A stretch of 63,811 nt of DNA, counting the filler, from Octopus bimaculoides (Eukaryota): the NCBI RefSeq assembly GCF_001194135.2. It is 5 parts of 3 records of this genome, joined end to end, with 100 filler letters (N's around TTAATTAATTAA, not from the genome) between each part and the next. Parts side by side here need not be neighbours in the genome. Positions count along the whole stretch, not along the records: positions 1 to 12,909 come from NC_068983.1; positions 13,010 to 39,175 come from NC_068999.1; 3 more parts are not named here. The stretch is one strand, 5' to 3'. The translations under genes and the position numbers were made by a program. The notes under the pieces are model-generated. The model had not been told where the DNA came from and searched no databases. It saw only the letters and a program-made list of their open reading frames with translations. Positions 1 to 13,339 of the stretch are shown here, one piece after another (position 1 is the first letter of the stretch; each line of letters opens with the position of its first letter).

Positions 1-33
<33 letters not shown>

Positions 34-95
34 TTTATCTATCTATCTATCTATGTATGTGTCTATCTATCCTATCTATCCTATCTATCTATCAA

Positions 96-142
<47 letters not shown>

Positions 143-401
143 ATAGATATATATAATGTCCTCTGTAAACTTATGTATACACACACGCACTCACATAAAT
201 ATAAACAACATACTTAATAATTAATGTATGTATTTGTGTGTGCATGTGCGTGTGTGTGTGCATACATGCGTGAGCGCACAAAGAGCAGGAAGAGCGGGAA
301 AGATAAAGTAAATGAGGTGAAGGGTGGTAACAGGAAGTAAGCAAATATATATGTGTGAGTGCGTGTGTGTGTATGTGTATGTGTATGTGTGTGTGTTTGC
401 G

Positions 402-445
<44 letters not shown>
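1..445. repeat. Compound microsatellites (AT)n, (ATCT)n, (CT)n, (GT)n
   Basis: Directly visible. Confidence 0.95.
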
Positions 446-1046
446 GCGCAATAAATGAGAGTGGTAATACGAATTTATTGATTCATTGACAATGTAGTTG
501 CATTGTTGGTATGTTTTAACTCTTTAGAGGACATTACTGATATATTAGGTTTCCCAACACCTTATATCATTCCTCTTTACTTCACAACGTTAATCAGAGT
601 AACATAAAAGCTGATTCACATATGCTATGACATCCTGTTTGTTACAGAGTTGATATCGAATACAGAAATTAACCTTTTTATCTTCTCAAGGGCGTTCAGT
701 ATTGTTCGTTCTGCACTCGCAAAAAAAAAAAAAGGCAACTTGCATGGCAAGCCTAACTGTAGTTTCAATAATTCTTCTTCACTCTTTGCACTTCAATTTT
801 ACTTATTTGCCCTAAGATTATTTGCTCTAAGTTATTTGCCCTAAGTTGTTTTACATGTATTTTAACTTTTTATCTTCTGACTTATTTCAATCTTGGGGAG
901 GACTGAAATAAGTGTGTTTTGTGCGTATACTTCTGTGTATGCATGTCGTTACGCATGTTTTCCTTTGGGATTTGTTTTCTTGATTAAGCCCCAGTTGTTT
1001 GCTAAAAAAGTGAGAAAACCTCCTCAGCAAAGAACCTCCCCAGGGC

Positions 1047-1055
1047 TTATTATTA

Positions 1056-1141
<86 letters not shown>
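1047..1141. repeat. (TTA)n microsatellite
   Basis: Directly visible. Confidence 0.97.
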
Positions 1142-1142
<1 letters not shown>

Positions 1143-1293
1143 CTTCGTAACACTGTGCAGGTAAAAATGCATCGGAGTCTTTAGTCGTCTGTCAAGTTAC
1201 AACAAGGAGCTCAGACAGATAATACTTTATGTGCGCTGTGCCCAATAAGACTGCTTTTTGCAAGACATCAATCTTGCATGGGATTTCCAGTTG
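1142..1293 (-). mobile_element. 5'-truncated R4/Dong-like 3' end with (TAA)n tail
   Basis: Minus-strand frame QLEIPCKIDVLQKAVLLGTAHI, small deletion, VLSV*, then a short UTR abutting (TAA)n at 1047-1141. Confidence 0.8.
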
Positions 1294-1317
1294 TATGGCG
1301 GCAGCCATATGTATGAT

Positions 1318-1440
1318 TGCAGCCATACTGGGTCACCGTCTTGAAGAATTTTAATCGAGTAAATTGTTTCCAGTATTCAATATTTTTTTTAAAGTTTGGC
1401 ACTTATTTCTTTCAGCGAATCGCTAACTTAGAGGAGAAGA
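1318..1440 (-). mobile_element. SINE family A, 3' fragment
   Basis: Degenerate reverse-complement match to the family A tail. Confidence 0.5.
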
Positions 1441-1770
1441 CTTATAAAAATATAAATGTAAAAACCAACACACAAACATGTATCATTACCCATAACTGGG
1501 CTACTATTTCTTGACGGTGGTTTAAATTATTTTATTTCGCTCCTCTTTATTCTTTGGTTCGATGTCTTTAGATTTATCCGAAGAACTTCATGCAGTGAAC
1601 GAAAGCTTGTACAAGCTTCTGCTTCTAGGTTGTACATGCGAGATGCGGAATCTTTGGAGATATGGTTAGATTGCCTTGCGGTAATCGGTCCAGTTTTCTA
1701 GTCTCTGAGATCTAATCATGGCGTTGTGATCTATGTCTTTCATTACTATGTGATCAACGGGATTGTCATT

Positions 1771-2165
1771 GGCACAGGAGTGGCTGTGTGGTAAGAAGCT
1801 TGCTTCCCAACCACATGCTTCTGGGTTCAGTCCCACTGCGTAACACCTTGGGCAAATGTCTCCTACTATAGCCTCGGGCCGACGAATGCTTTGTGAGTGG
1901 ATTTGGTATATGGAAACTGAAAGAAGCCCGTCATATATCTATATGTGTGTGTTTGCGTGTGTGTGTGTGTGTGTGTGTGTGTTTGTCTCCCACCATCATC
2001 GCTTGACAACCGATATTAGTGTGCTCACGTCCCCGTAACCTAGTGGTTCGGCAAAAGATACCGATAGAAATACTAGGCTTACAAAGACGATTTGTTTGAC
2101 TAAAAGGTGGTGCTCCAGCATGGCCGCAGTCAAATGACTGAAACAAGTAAAATAAGAAAGAATAA
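1771..2165 (+). mobile_element. tRNA-derived SINE family A, full copy with internal (TA)/(TG) microsatellite
   Basis: A-box-like GTGGCTGTGTGG, B-box-like GGTTCAGTCC, tail GGTGCTCCAGCATGGCCGCAGTCAAATGACTGAAACAAGTAAAA shared with other copies in the window. Confidence 0.85.
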
Positions 2166-2513
2166 AATGAAAGACGTGTATTATAGTATATTGGTCTAAC
2201 TCATTCTCTAGTCTGTAAGTGTTCTTCAGGCAGAAATACGCATCAAGCGACGTATGCCATGACGGTACCCTTGCAATTTCAAGAAAGTACGAACCTAGGG
2301 GAAGACAACGTATGCATTCACACACACACACACACATATGTATGTATGTATGTTTGTATGCATGTATGTTACATATATATGTATGTTTGTATGCTTGTAT
2401 GCATGTATTTTACATATACGTGTATGCATGTGTGCGTGTACGTTCAAATATGTATGTGTTTATGTGTGTACGTACGTAAGTATGCACGTATGTATGTATG
2501 TATGTATGTATGT

Positions 2514-2558
<45 letters not shown>

Positions 2559-2594
2559 CAGGAACAGAGAGGGAGAAAGAGGGAAAGATACATA

Positions 2595-2850
2595 GACATT
2601 TCTATATAGCGAAAAGCTGGCACGTTGGATAAAAACGTTTAACGGCACCTGTTCCGGTTGTCAACGATCTGAGTTCAAATCCCGCCGTTGTCATCTTCGC
2701 TTTACACTCCTTCGGAGTCGATAAAGTAAAGTTCCACTCAAGTACTTCAGCTAATATAAGTGAGCTGTCTCCTCGTAACGAAATTCCTGGCCTTGAACTC
2801 TACATCGGACAGGTATCACATTCAAAGAATTAGTCCAATCTTTGTTACTT
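2595..2850 (+). mobile_element. SINE family B, degenerate
   Basis: GAGTTCAAATCCCGCCG...CCTTCGGAGTCGATAAA core. Confidence 0.6.
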
Positions 2851-3006
2851 ATACGCCATGCAAAGCGATCAACCGGTCTTATACGTCTCAAGGCCCGAGA
2901 GAAAATGCATATAAGTACATACATACATACACACATACATACATACAGACATTCATACATACATACATGCATGTATACATGCATACATTTCATATATGCA
3001 TATACA

Positions 3007-3075
<69 letters not shown>

Positions 3076-3883
3076 NNNNNNNNNNNNNNNNNNNNNNNNN
3101 NNNNNNNNNNNNNNNNNNNNNNNNNNNNNNNNNNNNNNNNNNNNNNNNNNNNNNNNNNNNNNNNNNNNNNNNNNNNNNNNNNNNNNNNNNNNNNNNNNNN
3201 NNNNNNNNNNNNNNNNNNNNNNNNNNNNNNNNNNNNNNNNNNNNNNNNNNNNNNNNNNNNNNNNNNNNNNNNNNNNNNNNNNNNNNNNNNNNNNNNNNNN
3301 NNNNNNNNNNNNNNNNNNNNNNNNNNNNNNNNNNNNNNNNNNNNNNNNNNNNNNNNNNNNNNNNNNNNNNNNNNNNNNNNNNNNNNNNNNNNNNNNNNNN
3401 NNNNNNNNNNNNNNNNNNNNNNNNNNNNNNNNNNNNNNNNNNNNNNNNNNNNNNNNNNNNNNNNNNNNNNNNNNNNNNNNNNNNNNNNNNNNNNNNNNNN
3501 NNNNNNNNNNNNNNNNNNNNNNNNNNNNNNNNNNNNNNNNNNNNNNNNNNNNNNNNNNNNNNNNNNNNNNNNNNNNNNNNNNNNNNNNNNNNNNNNNNNN
3601 NNNNNNNNNNNNNNNNNNNNNNNNNNNNNNNNNNNNNNNNNNNNNNNNNNNNNNNNNNNNNNNNNNNNNNNNNNNNNNNNNNNNNNNNNNNNNNNNNNNN
3701 NNNNNNNNNNNNNNNNNNNNNNNNNNNNNNNNNNNNNNNNNNNNNNNNNNNNNNNNNNNNNNNNNNNNNNNNNNNNNNNNNNNNNNNNNNNNNNNNNNNN
3801 NNNNNNNNNNNNNNNNNNNNNNNNATATAAAGCTGAAGCAAATTTAGCACCAAATATATAGTGCGTGTGTTTTTATTGGCTAA

Positions 3884-3917
<34 letters not shown>

Positions 3918-4019
3918 AATCAATCACTTGCATTTTTGATTCGAAGATGGATTAAATTTTCTCTTCAGAGTTCTGCTAGATTTAACGGGCAGAGACTAAT
4001 AGTATTCAAAATATATATT

Positions 4020-4238
4020 TCTTTATTGCCCACAGGGGGCTAAACATAGAGGGGACAAACAAGGAGAGACAAAGGGATTAAGTCGATTACATCGGCCCCA
4101 GTGCGTAACTGGTACTTATTTAATCGACTCCGAAAGGATGAAAAGCAAAATCGACCTCGGCGGAATTTGAACTTAGAACTTAACGGCAGACGAAATACTG
4201 CTACGTATTTCGCCCGGCGTGCTAACGATTCTGCCGAC
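4020..4238 (-). mobile_element. SINE family B
   Basis: Core ATCGACTCCGAAAGGATGAAAAGCAAAATCGACCTCGGCGGAATTTGAAC shared with other copies. Confidence 0.8.
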
Positions 4239-4836
4239 AATGTGTATGTATGCGCATGTGCATATATATTTGTGTGTATGCGCGTGCACGTGTATTTTGT
4301 GTGTATACTTCTGTGTATGTATGTCTTTACGTATGTTTTCCTTTGGGATTTGTTTTCATTCTTGATTAAGTCCCAGTCGTTTGCTAAGAAAGTGACAAAA
4401 CTTCCTCAGCAAAGAAACTTCCCAGGGCTTCTAAATATGGTAACTCAGTTGATGTGTGCATGTATGGAGCTGTATGCACCGGCAGTATGTTCTATGTGAA
4501 CGTCTGTGGTTGTATGTGTGAGTGTGTATGTGTTTGTGTGCTTTCTGCATCATTACTTTGTATATGGTGTCCTCTTAATTCGACATATTTATTTAAAGTA
4601 TTTCAGTTGGAAAAATCTCTGGAATGTCTTACAAATTTTCTGCGCGCCACCAATAGGTTGAATGAAGGAAACTGAACGTCAGTCTGTTTTCGTCGTTCTT
4701 AGAAAAACCTAATATTTCCAGGTTTTTTGTGAAAATTTGTATGTGCATTGTCTAATGCATCTACGATATGTACAAAAGAAAATTTATAGCCACGTTACAA
4801 GAGTTGCATGTTCGGCATTAGTTCCGATATATCCTT

Positions 4837-5016
4837 TTATTCTTATATTCTTTTACTTGTTTCGGTCATTTGACTGTGGCTATGCTGGAGTCGAGAAAAT
4901 CGCCCCCAAGACTATTTCTTTGTAATCCTAGTACTTATTCTATCGGTCTCTTGCTCCGAACCACTATGTCACAGTTGTCAAGCGATGGTGGTGGAGACAA
5001 ACACAGACAAACAAAT

Positions 5017-5069
<53 letters not shown>

Positions 5070-5186
5070 CGGCGGGCTTCTTCCAGTTTCCGTCTACCAA
5101 ATCTACTCACAAGGCTTTGTCGTAGTGGGACTGAACCTGGAACCATGTAGTTGGGAAGCAAGCTTCTTACCACACAGCCACTCCCA
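4837..5186 (-). mobile_element. SINE family A copy
   Basis: Reverse-complement match to the head and tail of 1771-2165. Confidence 0.85.
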
Positions 5187-5534
5187 TACGTATGATTTTT
5201 CTTTGAGTTAAACTTAAGTTCTTCTCGAGAGAGTCCAAGCTGGTCGCTAACAGTGTGAAAAGACGTTTTAAGTCAAGATAGTTCTCGATGTTTATAAATA
5301 TGAGGTTGAGTTGGTGTGTTGGTTGAACTGTCGATGCATACACCTAAATATGTGCGTCTATACACATCAAAATCTCTGATAGAGACAATTTTTGGAATGT
5401 ATCACGGTGCCACTTAATACATTGGATTTGGAGAATCCGCGTCAGTTTCTTTTGTTCATTTTCCGTGAAACTGAGATTTTCTACTTTTCACGGAGGAAGT
5501 CTGTATGTATGTATGTATTCTTTTATTGTTTTCT

Positions 5535-5733
5535 TCTTTTATTTATTTCAGTCATTTGACTGCGGCCATGCTGGAGCATCGCCTTTAGTCGAACAAATTG
5601 CCCCCAGGACTTATTCTTTGTAAGCCTAGTAGTTATTCTATCGACCTCTTTTGGCGAACTACTCAGTTACAGGGACGTGAACACACCGGCATCGGTTGTC
5701 AAGTGATGGTGGGGGGACAAACACAGACACACA
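5535..5733 (-). mobile_element. SINE family A, 3' half
   Basis: TTTCAGTCATTTGACTGCGGCCATGCTGGAGCA tail match. Confidence 0.8.
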
Positions 5734-5818
5734 AACATACGTGTTTTCTTTTTCGTAAATTTATGTTAACATCCGCTGGGCAGCAGATTTCCACTAGTGT
5801 ACACAGCTTCTTTTATTT

Positions 5819-5881
<63 letters not shown>

Positions 5882-6596
5882 ATGTATGTATGTGTGTATG
5901 TATACATGCATGTATGTATGCATGTATGTATGTATACATATATGTATTTATGTATGCAATATATGCATGTATGCATTTATGTATGTATGTATGTATGTAT
6001 GTATGTATGTTTGTATGTATATATGTATGTATGCATATATGCATGTATGTATGTAATTATGCATATATGTGTGTATGTGTGCACATATGTACGTACGTAC
6101 GTATGTATTTATGTATATACGTCTTTGTGGCCCATTAAAATAACTAGGTGAAGAGAAAACTCCAAAATCAGACGACGCCCTCGTGGCTTATCGCTGGATC
6201 TTTACTTTTGAATAAATAGAGAGTGAAATACGCAGCGCACTGGCGTATGTTACTGTAACCCAGTGATATAGTGGTAGTTAAGGTGAAGTATGTATCACCT
6301 ATTAAGATAAAACAACCGTCGTCGTCGTGGTCATTATCATTATCCTTCTCCTCCTCCTCATCATCATCTGCAGCAGCAGCGCTTGTGTGCATATATATAT
6401 ATATATAATTGTGTAAACGTATACTTTACACACACTCACCCACACAGCTACACACAAACTCACGCATATACATATATATATACATACGTATACATATGTA
6501 TGTTTATATGTGTGTGCATGTATTTATATATGTAAGTGTGTTTGTGCACGCGCACGCGTTAGCCTGTTCGACTTTATACGCTTCTAGAACATTTCG

Positions 6597-6661
<65 letters not shown>

Positions 6662-6748
6662 ATATGATAATAATATTAGGGATAAAATCCAAAATTACAG
6701 GTAAAAACTCAATTAATACTATATATTAATATATATATAATATATATA

Positions 6749-7704
6749 CTAGCATTAAAACCCGTCGTTGATCGGCTAATTACTTTTACTGTTTATCGGG
6801 AGCCACATTGAAAGTATCATTATATGTATAATTTACTCCTCCTGTGTGTATGTATTTTTGGAAGAGAAAAACCATGTAATAATTGAAGTAGAAGAAAGAT
6901 TAATATCATACATGAACTTGTGGTTGTTTATGATATGACAATGATAAGTGAGTTGTATACGTTATTTTATTTATCTATATAGTAATGGCAATGATATAAT
7001 ATTTTTATAAGAGTAAAACATGTAATAATTGAAGTAGAAAAAAAAGATCATTTTTATACATGACGTTATGTTTGTTTATTACTTGAACATAGTATACCTG
7101 ATTGATACCTTGAAATCCTCGATCTCATATTTGTTGAAAGTTGAAGTGTTTTCACACGATGCCATAATACAGAAGACTTTATTGAAGCACTGAGTTCATC
7201 TGCCTTCGTTCCTCTTCGAACAACTGTTACTGCTTGTCGGAAGTCACCTGACAATAATACTATGACATTCCCCATCATGGAATTGCAGTTTCCAATGTCT
7301 CGTAATGTTCTGTCAACAGCTTCAAAAGCTTTTTTGTGGGCCATGGTACATTCATCCCAGACAATTAAGTGACATCTGAATATTTGTTCACTCATTGCAG
7401 AATTTTTAGATATTTTACAAACTCGATCTTGTTTATTAGATAAATCTAAAGGTAATTTGAATGGTGAATGGGCAGTCCGACCTCCGAGTAGTAATGTTGT
7501 TGCAATCCCAGAAGTAGCAGTAAATAAAGCTACTTTATTTTCTTGACGGACTTTAGCCAAGAGGAGTTTAATCACGAATGTTTTCGCTGTACCTCCCGGA
7601 GCATCTAAGAAATAAAGTCCTCCTGCGTTATTGCTAATACTTTCTATGACAGTGGAATATGCACGACGTTGATCAGGCTTGGGAAGATTATCAATTATGT
7701 ACAT
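6749..7704 (-). mobile_element. Helitron remnant: Pif1-family helicase fragment plus 3' terminus
   Basis: ORF 7066-7704 has LDAPGGTAKT (mutated Walker A), TSGIA..L.GGRTAHS, VWDECTMAHK, GDFRQ. Minus-strand end reads GCCGATCAACGACGGG-N8-CTAG|T at 6749. Confidence 0.88.
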
Positions 7705-8294
7705 GGTCAGTTCATCCTTATCATTTTTATCAGGGGGCAGAGTGTTAAGATCCCCTCAAGACAGATAGAGAAGAAAGAAAATCATAGAGACGGTGTCTGG
7801 TTTCAGTTTCACTTTGTGGGACAAAGAGACAGGATCTCTTTGAAGTGGCTTACCATCACTTATATATATATATATNNNNNNNNNNNNNNNNNNNNNNNNN
7901 NNNNNNNNNNNNNNNNNNNNNNNNNNNNNNNNNNNNNNNNNNNNNNNNNNNNNNNNNNNNNNNNNNNNNNNNNNNNNNNNNNNNNNNNNNNNNNNNNNNN
8001 NNNNNNNNNNNNNNNNNNNNNNNNNNNNNNNNNNNNNNNNNNNNNNNNNNNNNNNNNNNNNNNNNNNNNNNNNNNNNNNNNNNNNNNNNNNNNNNNNNNN
8101 NNNNNNNNNNNNNNNNNNNNNNNNNNNNNNNNNNNNNNNNNNNNNNNNNNNNNNNNNNNATATATATAATTAGGATAAAGTCATTATTTAAGGATTTATC
8201 AGTGGCCAGCGTACAGGCATTGTCATTTCAGCGCCCTTATTATGATTATATTTCATAATTATACTTATATATATATATACATATATATATGTAA

Positions 8295-8339
<45 letters not shown>

Positions 8340-8366
8340 TATGTATATACATATATATATAGGTGT

Positions 8367-8398
<32 letters not shown>

Positions 8399-9081
8399 TG
8401 CATGTGTATGTATGCATGTAAGCACGTATGCATGTAGTTCTCTTATGGAATTATAATTAAATTTTCTAATTTCTCATGTCCTTGAATTGTGTCAGTGTTA
8501 ATCAGACGCAAAAATAGAAAATAGAAAAATGGAACAGTGTCACTACATGTCTTTGTAAAATAAATTTGCAATTTAATAGTCATTTCCAACCTTGAGCATA
8601 CGAAAACAAGTAGGATGTAAGTTTTTGCGGTGAGTATTGTAATCAAACTTGCCAAGCAGCGTCACAAGTCAAAGCTTAGGACGAAAGGTGTGTCGTTTAA
8701 ATAGACAATGAAGACAGAAACGATCAACTCTCCCGCGTATTCCTTTGTAGCTTCGTACACACCCACGGACGCATGCGTGTATGTATGTATTTTTGTACGT
8801 ATGTACGCAAGAGCGTGGGGGAAGCATGTGGCAAAGGGGTTGTCAAGTAAGTTTTACAGACCGGTTTTTAAAAATCTTAGAATAGTTTACAAAGGATTAT
8901 TCTGGGTTACAAAATGACTGAATTCTCTATACCTCACAAATATATGTATATCTGTTGGTGTTTGCACCCTTTATGTGCATGTATGTGTGTGTATATATAT
9001 AGATATATAATTGAAAAAATTGGAGTCAACAAGAATGAGTGTGGTTCAACATTTATTTTCAATCACCTTAGTACCTTCTGT

Positions 9082-9340
9082 GGAGGCGCGTGGCTTAGTG
9101 GTTAAGATGTCAGCACCATGATCGTAAAATTGTAGTTTCGATTCCTGGACCGGGCGAGGCGTTGTGTTCTTGAGCAAAACACTTCATTTCACGTTGCTCC
9201 AGTCCACTCAGCTGGCAAAAATGAGTAACGCTGCGATGGACTGGCGTCCCGTCCAGCTGGGGAATACATACGCCATTGAAACCAGGAAACCGGGCCCATG
9301 AGTCTGGCTAGGCTTTAAAAGGGCGCATTTATTTATTATT
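9082..9340 (+). mobile_element. tRNA-derived SINE family C (V-SINE-like central motif)
   Basis: A box GTGGCTTAGTGG, TTCGATTCC, then TTGAGCAAAACACTT...GCTCCAGTCCACTCAGCTG...CTGCGATGGACTGGCGTCCCGTCCAG. Confidence 0.75.
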
Positions 9341-9342
9341 AA

Positions 9343-10347
<1,005 letters not shown>

Positions 10348-10934
10348 TATTATTATCATCATCATTATTATTATTATTATTATTGATTGATTGATTGAGA
10401 AAGCAATGCATACCATCAAAGTGGCACTGGGCTAAAATATACGCAGTCCAGTATACTCATCACGACTATCCATCTGATAAGGGTTCACCAGGCGCATGCA
10501 TTACAAACATATGTGCGCGACATGGTGATCTCAAATCAGGATAAACAGTGCATGGTTAACAGTTAGAATTTTCTTCAGGTCGAGTAGCCCATCTTGCTCA
10601 AAAGGTCCCTGAGCAAGATGTGTTTAAGGATGATGAAGGGAAATCCCATGTTTCCAGTGGTGAATTATTCAAACCCCAAAGAATTCCTCTCAACGAATGG
10701 CTACAGTGCGCCCTCACTACTTCGGCTCGTGATCAGAAATACACATATTGCCAGCCACTAAGGGACATGCTCAACTGGCTAAGGGCAAACAACTGATAAG
10801 CAAATCTGTGGTATTGGGCAGAATATTTGCTGTAGCCCATCTTTTATACCATGACAAAACATGTACCTGATAACACTTCCAATCAGTTAATATCAGAAAC
10901 CAAGGGAGCTACTGTCTGGTATGGTACTGCATCA

Positions 10935-11070
10935 TTATATTTCCGCCGGGTTCGACCATGCCTATCATCCTTTTGGAGTAGATAAATTAAATACCGGTGA
11001 AACACTGGGGCCCGATATTATCGACTTGTTCCCTCCCACAAAATTTCAGGCCTTGTGCCTTTAGAAGAAA
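10935..11070 (+). mobile_element. SINE family B, 3' part
   Basis: TCATCCTTTTGGAGTAGATAAATTAAATACC...AAATTTCAGGCCTTGTGCC. Confidence 0.7.
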
Positions 11071-11588
11071 TGATTATTATTGTTGTTGTTGTTGGTTCTA
11101 GTATTGATTAGTCTAAAGCCCCTTGACACACCACTAATATTCTCAAGATCATGTTCTACCAATTCCATTCAATAGTAAAACTCTTAACCAAACCCTGACA
11201 CCCGGTGTATCTCTTCCCCATCCTCACCACCAAATTCTTGACCTTCTCAGTTCGCTATTCTCTGTCTCCTTTCACAAATTATGTAAGGAAACACACAGAT
11301 ACAACCATTCCATTGCCTTTCAATATTATTCACGGTACATCTTTCTTTCTTTCTCTTCCTCACTACTTCCCTTTATACACATCTCTCCTTCTCTCCTTTT
11401 TTCCTTCTCTATACATATTTATCCTCATATCTTAGCAGCCGACTTATTGCTTTTACCAAGTATATTGTATATAGTGAGATAGATAGTTATAGTTATTGAT
11501 ATATACATGAATATAAACACATATATAGCCGCACATATATATTTATATATGTATATATACATATCTATATGTATAAATATATACATAC

Positions 11589-11632
<44 letters not shown>

Positions 11633-11760
11633 NNNNNNNNNNNNNNNNNNNNNNNNNNNNNNNNNNNNNNNNNNNNNNNNNNNNNNNNNNNNNNNNNTAT
11701 ATATATACATATAAATACATATACATGCATATATACATGCAAACTTATACAAACAAACGT

Positions 11761-11817
<57 letters not shown>

Positions 11818-12654
11818 CAAGCAGGCAGACAGAAAGACAGACAGGCAGGCAGGCAGACAGATAGATAAGACAGAAAACCAGATACACATAAACCATTGGT
11901 ATTGGATTTTAAAAAATGTTTGCTACTAAAACCAAATAGAGAATTTTAATAATAATGTAGAATTTTTTAAAATCTAAAACAAATTGGCAAAAGATCAAAG
12001 GCTTTTAGTAACATTAGTAAAGGCGACACTTGACTTAGATTCCGAAGCTAACTACAATCCCCGCCTGACAATATGTCTATCTGTTGGATATAATTACTAA
12101 AAAACTTGAATTTTCGGTCAATCTATGTGAATACAAAAAGTCACATAAATTCCTTTGTTGTAAGCAAACATTTCTTTGATGAAGTCAGTTCCATCTGTTG
12201 CCGTCTATGAACTTGGTTTGAAACAAAAAAAATTGGTAAAAAGGTACAAAATAAATAAACGAAAAGAAAAAAAACAAATAAAAAGCTATGGAATATATTT
12301 TCTTTACATTATATTTTACGATGTTATATTTTTTGCACTTCAGATATTGAAAATGTGTGCATGTCTTTAAGATTATGTACGTACTTATATCAACTTGAAC
12401 AAAACTGAATATGCGCGCGCACACATACACTCACACTGTCACACATTCTCACACACATAGACGTGCACACACACAAAACACTCATATATGTGCATTTTAT
12501 ATATCTACATTATCTCTCTATTCCTCCATTTATTCAACTCGTATATACATGCGTACATACATTTTTGTTCTTATTTATGCGCCCTTTTCAAGCCTAGCCA
12601 GTTTCCCGGTTTCTATAGCGTATGTGTTCCCCCCATTGCAGCGATACTCAAGAA

Positions 12655-12822
12655 ACAGGAAGAAAGAGTGAGAGAAAGTTGGGGCGAAAGAGTACAACAG
12701 GAGTCGCCCCCACCCCTGCCGGAGCCTTGTGGAGCTTTAGATGTTTTCGCTCAATAAGCACACACAACGCCCAGTCTGGGAATCGAAACCACGAGTCTGC
12801 TGCCCTAACCACTGGGCCATTG
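12655..12822 (-). mobile_element. SINE family D, 5' part
   Basis: Reverse-complement match to 39803-39980. Confidence 0.7.
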
Positions 12823-12909
12823 TACCTCCACCGTACACACACATATATATATATATAAGATAATATAACATAATGTAATATAATATTATATATATATATA
12901 TATATATAT

Positions 12910-13009
12910 NNNNNNNNNNNNNNNNNNNNNNNNNNNNNNNNNNNNNNNNNNNNTTAATTAATTAANNNNNNNNNNNNNNNNNNNNNNNNNNNNNNNNNNN
13001 NNNNNNNNN
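12910..13009. other. Assembly join with artificial TTAATTAATTAA spacer (also at about 39176-39275, 58283-58401, 61354-61453)
   Basis: The identical 12-mer sits between N runs four times and has stops in all six frames. Confidence 0.85.
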
Positions 13010-13339
13010 ATAGAGAGAGAGAGAGAGAGAGGTGAGAGAGAGAGAGAGAGGTGAGAGAGAAAGAAAGATAGAAGATTAGAGAGTGGATGAAAGAGAGAGA
13101 CAGAGAAAGAGGGAATGGGTGGCATAGAAATGCGTGTGCAATATTTTAAATTAGTTTCCTAATTATCGATTAGTGCTCATGTGAAACAGAAAAATGCCGA
13201 GGCATGCTCAACACTGAAGAAGGCAAATGTCTTGAAACCCCTACAAAATATTTGGCAGTATTTACAAAGTTTGAAAAAATATGTTAAAAATACGCATTGG
13301 GCTTCGAAAACTCGGCATTAACCGATTGAAAAAAAAATA

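Noticed and set aside
800-846. Three copies of TTATTTGC(C/T)CTAAG
   Set aside because: Simple short tandem duplication with no spacers; not CRISPR-like, and the context is eukaryotic.
1578-1618. CCGAAGA...GAAA followed by the 16-bp palindrome AAGCTTGTACAAGCTT (hammerhead-like)
   Set aside because: No helix I can form, the core has U4C, and helix II closure is mismatched.
1771-1850. tRNA-like heads with A and B boxes (here and in all SINE copies)
   Set aside because: No complete cloverleaf; each continues into SINE body sequence, so none is called a tRNA gene.
10875-10930. Faint resemblance to U2 snRNA (ATCAGTTAATATC; CTGGTAT..GTAC)
   Set aside because: Only short patches; no U2 5' end, branch-pairing region or Sm site.
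12954-12965. TTAATTAATTAA recurring four times between N runs, resembling a conserved motif or repeat array
   Set aside because: Six-frame-stop spacer added during assembly; not biological.
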